Source: Candidatus Hermodarchaeum yapensis (GTDB taxonomy: Archaea > Asgardarchaeota > Hermodarchaeia > Hermodarchaeales > Hermodarchaeaceae). From it: DNA of 24,360 nucleotides. The stretch lies in the NCBI GenBank assembly GCA_016840405.1, contig JAEOSK010000040.1, positions 1 to 24,360 of the forward strand, in the 5' to 3' direction. Both the position numbers and the translations under genes were made by a program. Below, one piece after another: positions 8,103 through 15,879 of the stretch (position 1 is its first letter; each line of letters begins with the position of its first letter). The notes under the pieces were generated by a model. It was not told the origin of the DNA. It worked only from the letters and a program-made list of their open reading frames with translations, and ran no database searches.

Positions 8103-10835
8103 GTGATACGAAATAAAACGCAACTAATTGTTATCTTACTGTTAGTAACACTGATTCCGATGGCAACGTTTGTTTTTCTGCCCTCTCAGTCGGTTTCAGG
8201 GTTCACCGTTTCTAGTATACCAGTGCCTGGCACAACTACTCTTTACGAGGATGATTTCAGTACGACCACCTATCTTGATGGTGGGCCAACAACCGCTGAA
8301 GGCTGGGGTACGGGAACACTCACAAGTCCTCGGAACTATCAGATTCTGTCACTAGACAACTACACCGCGGGTTATCAATGCCGATCTTTAGATGTTCAAG
8401 GTCGCAAAGTCTATGCGACACACTACTCAGGAGGGGCCTCTTCCATTGACTTATTGGATATCACCGACCCTTCTAACGTCTTCCGACTTGATGATCGCAG
8501 TGCTGCCGCATCTATCACGGCGTCCGAAGTAGATGGTCAAATCTGGTATATTGGGACTGAAGGAAGTTGGCTAGCTGCCTACAATGTCAGTGACCCATTT
8601 AATATACCCGGTCCAGAAGACAATATCGCTATCGTAGACGGACGAATTAATGACCTAGAAGTCCAAGGTCACTTCCTATACGTCGCTCTCGATAGTCCTG
8701 GTGATGTCATCCAAATCTATGATGTTGAAGATCCTTCCAACATGATCTTTGTCTTAGGTTTGACTAACTTGAATTACCACATCTATGGGTTGGAAGTCAG
8801 TGGAGATTTACTCTACATGGCACATGGTGGCACTGGGTTAGTCATTTGGAACATGACAACACCCTATGATGGCGGCTCATTTGCCAGTTTAACTGACACA
8901 GCTGGCGATTCCATGGATGTCTTGGTTGATGGTAACCTGGCTTATGTCGCCGATGGTGCTGAAGGAGTACTCATCTTCGATGTCAGTGATCCAACAAGCC
9001 CTGATTTACTTGGAACCTACGATACCCCTGGAACTGCTCGAAAGCTTGCCTTACATGGAAACACGTTATACGTTGCAGATTATACTGGTGGCCTTATCAT
9101 CCTCGATGTTGCCGATCCCACACATCCCACATACGTTGACAGTGTCAATTATGATGACACTTGGGACGTATCTCTCTATGGTCCTTATGTGGTGATTGGC
9201 ACCGATTATGGTGTACATACCATTTCAATTGGGGATGGCATTCGTGTCCCAGAACATTATGGAACCTATTCGGGAATATACGATATTCTTGATGTTCGGG
9301 TCCAGAATGATATCGCCTATATTGCTGCCGGTGCATCTGGACTCCTTACCATTGACGTTTCTGATCCAACGAATCCTGTCTATCTTGACAATCACACAGC
9401 GAGTGCAGGGAGAGTCTATAACAAATTAGATATCCAAGGACACAAAGCCTTCGTTGCCGATTATGGCAGTGGAGGTGGCGTACGAATATACGACATTTCT
9501 GACCCCACTAATCTTACTTATCTAGGAAGATATGCTTTAACTTATGCAACCGATGTCGCTGTAGCAGGTGATACAATCTTTGTTGCTGATGGCACAGCCG
9601 GATTGTATATCGCGAATGTTTCAGATCCATATTCACCAGCACACATCACCGGAATAGGTGGTATTGGTAACATTACTGCCGTTGATGTTCAAGGGCACTA
9701 TGTGTACGCAGTCGGCTGGGGTGGTGGCGGAAATGGCATTTACATGTATGACATCACCGACATCAGCAACCCTCAACTCGCCAGTACACTAGGTGTTATC
9801 GATGAGCACTATGATATCTTCGTTGACGGCGACTATTACCTAGGCGCGAACAATGATTTCTTTTATTCAGCGAATATTACGAACCCGTATGCTTTCGGGC
9901 TTGCACATACTCCTTCTGATCTATCATGGAACGCGTCAGGTGTGTGGGGTTACGGACCCTATGCTATTATGGCCGGTCGTGGTTCAGCAGGAACTTTGCT
10001 CTGGAACACTTCCAACATCTACAATATGATTCCCATGGGCAGCTACTTGGGTGCAACTAAAGGCAGGGCGGTTACCATCGCGGGAGACTTTGCCTACATT
10101 GCCAACAGAGACAGTCTCCATATTTGTCGAATCTACACCAGTCCTGGTTACCATTATGTGCCCGGAAGCACGATCGCTCAATCAGCAATTATCGATGCTA
10201 CCGCTGAACACATTGTCAGTGCTACTGTGACTCAAACGGCTTACATCCCTGCTGGAACAAGCGTAGCCTGGTTCATTACGGCAGATGGCGGGGCTAACTG
10301 GGAACCATGTACACCTGGTATGCTCCACACCTTCAACACGCAAGGAAGTGCCCTGCAATATCGTGTGGAACTCATAACTGCCCGTATGGACCACAGCGCT
10401 CATATCTACAACATCACTATCAGCTACACTCATACACAACCACCAGCCGCACCAGCTCTCAATGACCCTGGCGCCGAAGCTCCTGCAGGGGACATTGTCA
10501 TTAGCTGGGCTGCATCCACTGATCCCGATGGAACCGTCGACCACTATGTGCTCCAAAGCTCGAACGATGCTGGTTTTGGAGTAGTCCTCGCAACCTATCC
10601 CACAACTAACACTAACTACACTGTGAGTGCCCCTACGTCAGGATTATTCTTCTTCCGCGTGCGGGCTGTTGACGATGACGGTGCCTATTCAGACTGGAGC
10701 AACGTGGAAGACATCGTGATCACTGGTGGACTCCCACCACCTCCGCCCATTCCTGGCTTCCCCTTCGAAGCCATCGCTCTCGGTGCCCTTATCGCGCTCG
10801 GTGGAGGCATTGTCTATCGTCGTCGGAAGCGGTAA
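8103..10835 (+). CDS. Secreted LVIVD-repeat surface protein (14 repeats) with fibronectin type III-like domain and PGF-CTERM-like tail; paralog of 4671-7124
   Basis: GTG start at 8103 follows GTGAGGGATAT, the same 11-mer that precedes the paralog (4655-4665). Signal peptide; repeats collinear with the paralog; FN3-like 'ISWAASTDPDGTVDHYVL...FFRVRAVDDDGAYSDWS'; tail 'IPGFP'-TM-'RRRKR'. Confidence 0.88.
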   Translation: MIRNKTQLIVILLLVTLIPMATFVFLPSQSVSGFTVSSIPVPGTTTLYEDDFSTTTYLDGGPTTAEGWGTGTLTSPRNYQILSLDNYTAGYQCRSLDVQGRKVYATHYSGGASSIDLLDITDPSNVFRLDDRSAAASITASEVDGQIWYIGTEGSWLAAYNVSDPFNIPGPEDNIAIVDGRINDLEVQGHFLYVALDSPGDVIQIYDVEDPSNMIFVLGLTNLNYHIYGLEVSGDLLYMAHGGTGLVIWNMTTPYDGGSFASLTDTAGDSMDVLVDGNLAYVADGAEGVLIFDVSDPTSPDLLGTYDTPGTARKLALHGNTLYVADYTGGLIILDVADPTHPTYVDSVNYDDTWDVSLYGPYVVIGTDYGVHTISIGDGIRVPEHYGTYSGIYDILDVRVQNDIAYIAAGASGLLTIDVSDPTNPVYLDNHTASAGRVYNKLDIQGHKAFVADYGSGGGVRIYDISDPTNLTYLGRYALTYATDVAVAGDTIFVADGTAGLYIANVSDPYSPAHITGIGGIGNITAVDVQGHYVYAVGWGGGGNGIYMYDITDISNPQLASTLGVIDEHYDIFVDGDYYLGANNDFFYSANITNPYAFGLAHTPSDLSWNASGVWGYGPYAIMAGRGSAGTLLWNTSNIYNMIPMGSYLGATKGRAVTIAGDFAYIANRDSLHICRIYTSPGYHYVPGSTIAQSAIIDATAEHIVSATVTQTAYIPAGTSVAWFITADGGANWEPCTPGMLHTFNTQGSALQYRVELITARMDHSAHIYNITISYTHTQPPAAPALNDPGAEAPAGDIVISWAASTDPDGTVDHYVLQSSNDAGFGVVLATYPTTNTNYTVSAPTSGLFFFRVRAVDDDGAYSDWSNVEDIVITGGLPPPPPIPGFPFEAIALGALIALGGGIVYRRRKR

Positions 10836-10851
10836 CCTCCGCTTCCCCTCC
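10812..10851 (+). repeat. 40-bp perfect direct repeat, copy 2
   Basis: Identical to 7101-7140. Confidence 0.95.
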
Positions 10852-10863
10852 CTCCTTTTTTTT
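10825..10863 (+). terminator. Stop-codon-overlapping hairpin plus T8 tract
   Basis: GGAAGCGG (10825-10832) / CCGCTTCC (10839-10846), then T8 at 10856-10863. Confidence 0.6.
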
Positions 10864-10993
10864 GAATCTTTTTGGCATCTTCTTCCATTTCACAAGCTAC
10901 GGCGTCATCTGAACCTATTTCGATCAGGTAAAAACGGAATTGATGTTGACCAACAGTATATTTGTAATATTAGTTAATGGCACATACTGGTTT

Positions 10994-11209
10994 ATGACTA
11001 ATCAGACCTCATCAATACAAGAGAGCCGCTTGAGGCAGATACTGCCCTGCGCTTTAGCTTTAGCGATTTTCATTATTCCAACGATTATCACATTAGTTGT
11101 GTTTCCCCTTGCTGGACCAATAATGGCGTTTTGGGCTGGTATGGTTGCATTCCTTGTTATCTTAGGAATCTGCATTCTTATTTGGTGGTTCGGTCGTCCA
11201 CCTAAATAA
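10994..11209 (+). CDS. Small 2-TM membrane protein (~71 aa)
   Basis: ATG at 10994 after an AT-rich promoter-like stretch; two clear hydrophobic helices and a basic C-terminus. Confidence 0.6.
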   Translation: MTNQTSSIQESRLRQILPCALALAIFIIPTIITLVVFPLAGPIMAFWAGMVAFLVILGICILIWWFGRPPK

Positions 11210-11301
11210 TCAAACTCTTCGGGAATCACTGCTAGCATGAGAAAAGACAGATAGTACAGGGGATATGAAGGGATGAAGGAAAAGGTGTTTGGAGGAATTC
11301 T

Positions 11302-11757
11302 TTGCAGTCAGGTGTCAAATTAAAAATTATTGCGCTTCTCCACATCTTAATCGCCATTGTAATCCTTATTATCGCGATTATCATACAGCCAGCTACCTTT
11401 TTTTGTACCGGCACACCGCTTGTTTCATTTCAACTGTTTGTTTTGAGCTGGTGGATCTGGCGACTTCCAAACTTTGATTCCTTTAAAGAGCGATGGTTGA
11501 TTTTCACTTCAAAGAGGCCGTTATTGACACCTGAACAACACGAACAGAAGTTTCGACGTGCTTGGCTTATCCAATTGATTTTCGTCCTGATTTGGGGCTG
11601 GGTATGTGCTCTGATATTTTGGGGGCTTGCCACATGGATGTTCTTCTTGGGTGGTTGTGCCCCAGTTTCCATGCTCCTTATTGCAGATCTTTTCGTTGCT
11701 GTGGTTGGATGGGTTCTTGGAGGAGCATGGGTAATCCAAGGTGTATTTCGAGATTGA
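11302..11757 (+). CDS. Hypothetical 4-TM membrane protein
   Basis: GGAGG upstream of a TTG start; two TM hairpins separated by a charged loop. Confidence 0.65.
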   Translation: MQSGVKLKIIALLHILIAIVILIIAIIIQPATFFCTGTPLVSFQLFVLSWWIWRLPNFDSFKERWLIFTSKRPLLTPEQHEQKFRRAWLIQLIFVLIWGWVCALIFWGLATWMFFLGGCAPVSMLLIADLFVAVVGWVLGGAWVIQGVFRD

Positions 11758-11798
11758 GTCATTAACGCCGTTTTGTTGGAAGGACCGCACCTTATATC

Positions 11799-13031
11799 TT
11801 AGAAATTAAATTTCTCTGCAGGTTGTCGACCCAGTTCGACAAAGACATCTCGACAATCACGGATATCTTCCAGCCAGACAAATTCGTTGTCACCATGATA
11901 GCGGGTGCCGTCTCGCAGAGCACCAAAGGTGATTACTGGGATTCCAACGTTGGCTAGGTAGATCCCATCGTCAAAGCCAAGATCCGCACCCAGATAGAAC
12001 TCCCGGTTCAACGTCTTTTCAGCAGTCCGGTGAAAAAGCTGAACCCAAGGATGTTTAGGATCAGTATAGTAGCCACTGTTCTTATTCGTGATTTCAACCT
12101 CAACCTGTAAACCAAGCTTTTGCGCCTGCTGTTCGATGAATGTTTTGGCATCAGTTGCAGCTTCGTTTGGATCTTCTTCGGGGATTGTGCGACGGTCAAA
12201 TCGGAACTCACATTCGCCAGGGATAATGTTTTCTTTCTGCCAGGCCTTCACCATGCTCACGGAGATTCGTCCATAAAGATGAGGTTTTATCGCTGCGGGA
12301 GGACCCTTGATTTTACTTCGAACTGTTTCTTTAACTGTTTCATGATACTCTTGAAGGGTTTGGATGAGCTGACTGGCACGGTATATGGGGTTATCCAGGA
12401 TATCCGGGTTTCCACTATGCCCTCCTTCTCCTTTGACAATTACTTTTCCCCAGACAGAGCCACTTGCTCCAATGCCAACATATTGAGACCCTGCATCGAC
12501 TACTATCCCAGCGTTGCCACGGATTTGTGCCTGTTTGATCAAGTATTCAATACCACCAGGACCTCCGGTTTCTTCATCGCAGGCAGCACAGAGCTTCAGA
12601 TTAATGTCAATCTCTTCATCGAGAAGCTTTCGCATTGCGCCCAACACGATTACAATTCCCGATTTGTCATCGGCTGCTCCCCGCCCAAATGCCTTATCAT
12701 CAATGATCGTCAGTTCATAGGGGTCAGTGTCCCACTTCTCTCTCTCCACAGGTACAATATCATAATGAGTAAAGAATAAAATCGAGTTGGCTGCTCCCGC
12801 ATTCAAATCGACAACCACGTTAGGACGCGTTTCGCCATCCTCTGTGGCACTTTTTCCATCAATAATCTGCGTATCTAATCCAAGGTTATCCGCCGTTGTT
12901 TTGATAAGGTCAGCGCATTCGGAATAATTCTTTCTAGTCGTACCGGTGTTGGTTGTGTCAATAGCGACTAGCTTACGAAGCAAATCGAGTTCCCATTTAA
13001 TATCAGTCCATGCCATAACAATCACTGCCAT
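11799..13031 (-). CDS. M20 family metallopeptidase/deacylase (ArgE/DapE-like)
   Basis: 'HYDIVP', 'FGRGAADDKSG', 'DEETGG', 'GGHS', 'NIIP..C...FDRR' and 'YHGDNE'. Confidence 0.92.
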   Translation of the reverse strand: MAVIVMAWTDIKWELDLLRKLVAIDTTNTGTTRKNYSECADLIKTTADNLGLDTQIIDGKSATEDGETRPNVVVDLNAGAANSILFFTHYDIVPVEREKWDTDPYELTIIDDKAFGRGAADDKSGIVIVLGAMRKLLDEEIDINLKLCAACDEETGGPGGIEYLIKQAQIRGNAGIVVDAGSQYVGIGASGSVWGKVIVKGEGGHSGNPDILDNPIYRASQLIQTLQEYHETVKETVRSKIKGPPAAIKPHLYGRISVSMVKAWQKENIIPGECEFRFDRRTIPEEDPNEAATDAKTFIEQQAQKLGLQVEVEITNKNSGYYTDPKHPWVQLFHRTAEKTLNREFYLGADLGFDDGIYLANVGIPVITFGALRDGTRYHGDNEFVWLEDIRDCRDVFVELGRQPAEKFNF

Positions 13032-13134
13032 CTAGGTTAATGCGTTCAACACTCATTCTTTTCTCTCTTTAAGGTTAATGGAAAGAAAAGTAAAACTTAC
13101 TTCATCAAAGAAATCCTTTAGGCTAGGAGGTTGT

Positions 13135-13187
13135 AAAAAAAGAAGAGGGGGAGTAGTTATCCCTTCTCTTGGATTATTGACTACTCC
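13135..13187 (-). terminator. 3' element of the 89-aa gene: inverted repeats plus T7 tract
   Basis: On the minus strand: GGAGTAGT (contains the TAG stop) ... ACTACTCC, then CCCTCTTC and T7. An alternative imperfect stem is AAGAGAAGGGA/TCCCCCTCTT. Confidence 0.5.
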
Positions 13188-13450
13188 TTTTTGAAGAATG
13201 TGCCTCGGAAGAAGTAGATGATTATGATGATTACTATGATCAGTACGATCATCACACCGTATGCTATTAGTCCGACAGTCTCAGGGTGGAATGGTCTCTG
13301 TCCCCAGAACACGCCGAAGTTGAAGAGCTGTAGGCCGAACCAGTCAGCCCAGGTGCTTCCACCCAGTAGACGGATGATTGCGAGGATGATGATGATAATG
13401 GCGATGATAAGGCACCAAGCCCACCAATTCTTCTTGAAGAATTCTGCCAT
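13181..13450 (-). CDS. Small 2-TM membrane protein (89 aa) translationally coupled to the ECF S component
   Basis: ATG lies 3 nt after the S-component stop, with a GAGGAGG SD-like sequence in the last S-component codons; two poly-Ile TM helices and an aromatic-rich loop. Confidence 0.75.
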   Translation of the reverse strand: MAEFFKKNWWAWCLIIAIIIIILAIIRLLGGSTWADWFGLQLFNFGVFWGQRPFHPETVGLIAYGVMIVLIIVIIIIIYFFRGTFFKKE

Positions 13451-13453
13451 TGT

Positions 13454-14035
13454 CTATTCCTCCTCGCCTCCAGTCCATCGCCAGGTCGGTCGCATGAAAT
13501 CAGGGAAGAGCTTTAGAATAATCCATAGGGGGATAATTGCTTGTACCACATAGATGAGGTAGGTACCACCAAGGAATGACGCTAACATCTCGGCTTCAAA
13601 TGACACCAGTCCAACCAGTGCCAGTTCGAAGTTGAATATTGTTAATGCTATAGCTTCAGCTACGGCAATTACAACTGATATGATGATTAGCGAATAGATT
13701 CCTCCCCACATGTCACGCTTGTCAAAAATGTGTTTGCTGAATATCGATAGTATAATGCCTATCAGTGGGTAATAGATTACATCACAGAAAGGTACGGATG
13801 AGGGGAGACCAATTAGAATCCCGACACCGATTGCGACCCATGGGCCTCCTGCGAATGCGGCGATGACGTTGATGCTTTCTCGAATGTCTAGGACGTACGG
13901 TGGATATAGTGGAATTACTAGTCCGAGTGCACGCCAGGCAAATCCAAGACCACCAAAAGCAGCAATCATAGCAACTTGCCTTGACGTGAGAAGAGGTCTT
14001 CTATATTCTCCGTCGGTGATTTTTATCACCGGCAC
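13454..14035 (-). CDS. ECF transporter substrate-specific (S) component
   Basis: ~190 aa, ~6 TM; N-terminal 'TSRQVAMIAAFGGL' and 'IPLYPPYVLD...IAAFAGGPWVAIGVG' resemble RibU/FolT/PanT-type S components; adjacent to ecfA/ecfT. Confidence 0.8.
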   Translation of the reverse strand: MPVIKITDGEYRRPLLTSRQVAMIAAFGGLGFAWRALGLVIPLYPPYVLDIRESINVIAAFAGGPWVAIGVGILIGLPSSVPFCDVIYYPLIGIILSIFSKHIFDKRDMWGGIYSLIIISVVIAVAEAIALTIFNFELALVGLVSFEAEMLASFLGGTYLIYVVQAIIPLWIILKLFPDFMRPTWRWTGGEEE

Positions 14036-14147
14036 ATCATCCCCTACATGTAGTATATAAGTCCAATCTTTTTTCGACGAAAGGCAAAAGATATTAACTA
14101 ATTAGGAGCTTCTAACGAATATTCGCATTCAGGATGTGGTGCTCACG
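14036..14147. promoter_or_regulatory. Divergent promoter region between the S component and ecfA-ecfT, with several palindromes
   Basis: CTACATGTAG (14044-14053), ATCTTTT-N13-AAAAGAT (14066-14092), CTAATTAG (14098-14105) and CGAATATTCG (14116-14125); TATA-like TTATATAC on the minus strand and AAAAGATATTAA on the plus strand. Confidence 0.4.
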
Positions 14148-15878
14148 ATGAGTAAAGAGCCTGATATTTTGCTAGAAGATGTTTCTTTTGTGTACCAGGG
14201 ATCGGAACAACCAGCGCTTGATGGAATCAATCTCCGCATTAAACCTGGGGAGATTGTGATGCTCTCAGGTCCCGCAGGAGCCGGAAAGACTACGTTGTGT
14301 CAGATGTTGAATGGCCTTGTACCACATTTCTTCCGCGGTACGATGAAAGGAACAGTAGAAGTTCAAGGGAACAATACCGCACAACACACTATTGCTTTCC
14401 TCTCTCATCGTGTGGGGCTTCTCTTTCAAGACCCAGCATCGCAACTGATTGCCCCAACGGTCAATGAAGAGATTGCCTTTGGAGCTGAAAACTATGGAGT
14501 TCCACGCGAAGAAATTTTCGAAAGAGTTGATAGATTTCGAAAACTAGTTCGACTTGACCAATACGCTGAAAGCAGCCCCCATAGGCTTTCTGGTGGCGAG
14601 CAGCAAGCTTGCGGTATTGCCGCGGTCATGGCCATGGACCCGGATATCTATGTTCTTGATGAACCCACTTCCAACCTTGACCCAATTGGTAGTCAACGAG
14701 TATTGGATCTGATTACACAAATGGTCCGTGAAGAAAAGAAGACCATGCTAATCGTCGAACACAAAATGGAGGAAATGTTACCCATTGTTGACCGCCTAAT
14801 CATCCTAAATGAAGGTAAGATCATTCTTGAAGGCACACCCCGTGAGCTCTTACACAATGTTCAGACAATGGAACAAATCGGTCTTAAACCGCCACAGGTT
14901 GCTCTTCTGGCTTCAAGAATAGATAGTAATCGAATCGGTTCTGACCTACCCCTTACCCTTGATGAAGGAATAAAAGCGTTCAAACCTTTGCTAAAGAAGG
15001 GGGATGGAGAACCTAATCGAATTGGAAGTAAAAAGACTGTAAAAGTGGGAGAGGAAATTATTCGAACTGAAAAGCTTTGGCATGTTTACGAGGAAGGGAG
15101 CGTTCAAGCCCTACGTGGCGTAGATGTTTCGGTTAAAGCCGGAGAATTTGTCGGACTAATTGGACAAAACGGTTCCGGGAAAACCACTTTGGTTAAGCAT
15201 TTCAATGGGCTCCTTAGACCAACCTATGGCGATATCTGGGTGATGGGCGATAATACACAAGACAAGACAATCGCTCAACTCTCAACTCAGATAGGCTATG
15301 TCTTTCAAAATCCGGACTTCCAAATTTGCTGTCAATCTGTAAAAGATGAACTTGAATTTGGACCAAAGAATCTAAAACTACATGAAGAAGAAATTGACCG
15401 ACGAAGGGACGAAGTCGCGGAAATCTTTGGATTCGATAAGCGCTATGATGAAAAACCATTCTCCCTTAGCAAAGGTGAACGCCAGCAACTTGCTGTTGCC
15501 TCCGTTCTGGCTATGCGACCAGAAGTGTTGATTGTTGATGAACCTACCACCGGTCAAGACTTCAAAACGGGTAAAGAGATGATGGATTTCTACCGGCGCC
15601 TTAACGAAGGAGGCAAGACCATTATTATCATCACACACGATATGAATCTTGCAGCAGAATATTGCAACAGAATAGTCGTACTCCGTAAGGGTAGGATCCT
15701 TATGGATGGACCAGTACGCGAGGTATACTCTCAATCCGAGACATTAGCACGTAGTTTCCTTCGTCCACCGCAAATAACTCGCTTTGGTCAAGCTATGAAA
15801 GATTATGGTCTTCCAATTGATGCATTAAATGTTGATGAAATGTTTGACTATGTTTCCAAGTCCCTAGGAGGTTCATGA
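14148..15878 (+). CDS. ecfA: ECF transporter ATPase with two fused ABC domains (EcfA-EcfA')
   Basis: Two Walker A motifs (GPAGAGKTT, GQNGSGKTT), Q-loops (FQDP, FQNP), signatures (LSGGEQQ, LSKGERQ), Walker B (LDEPT, VDEPT) and H-loops (EHK, THD). Start is ATG 14148 or GTG 14136. Confidence 0.95.
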   Translation: MSKEPDILLEDVSFVYQGSEQPALDGINLRIKPGEIVMLSGPAGAGKTTLCQMLNGLVPHFFRGTMKGTVEVQGNNTAQHTIAFLSHRVGLLFQDPASQLIAPTVNEEIAFGAENYGVPREEIFERVDRFRKLVRLDQYAESSPHRLSGGEQQACGIAAVMAMDPDIYVLDEPTSNLDPIGSQRVLDLITQMVREEKKTMLIVEHKMEEMLPIVDRLIILNEGKIILEGTPRELLHNVQTMEQIGLKPPQVALLASRIDSNRIGSDLPLTLDEGIKAFKPLLKKGDGEPNRIGSKKTVKVGEEIIRTEKLWHVYEEGSVQALRGVDVSVKAGEFVGLIGQNGSGKTTLVKHFNGLLRPTYGDIWVMGDNTQDKTIAQLSTQIGYVFQNPDFQICCQSVKDELEFGPKNLKLHEEEIDRRRDEVAEIFGFDKRYDEKPFSLSKGERQQLAVASVLAMRPEVLIVDEPTTGQDFKTGKEMMDFYRRLNEGGKTIIIITHDMNLAAEYCNRIVVLRKGRILMDGPVREVYSQSETLARSFLRPPQITRFGQAMKDYGLPIDALNVDEMFDYVSKSLGGS

Positions 15879-15879
15879 C

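Noticed and set aside
7101-10851. 40-bp repeats as CRISPR repeats or IS ends
   Set aside because: Only two copies 3.7 kb apart, both overlapping coding ends; no cas or transposase genes.
12120-12779. 219-aa antisense ORF, and the other short overlapping ORFs in the track
   Set aside because: They lie antisense or out of frame within well-supported genes and carry no motifs; shadow ORFs.
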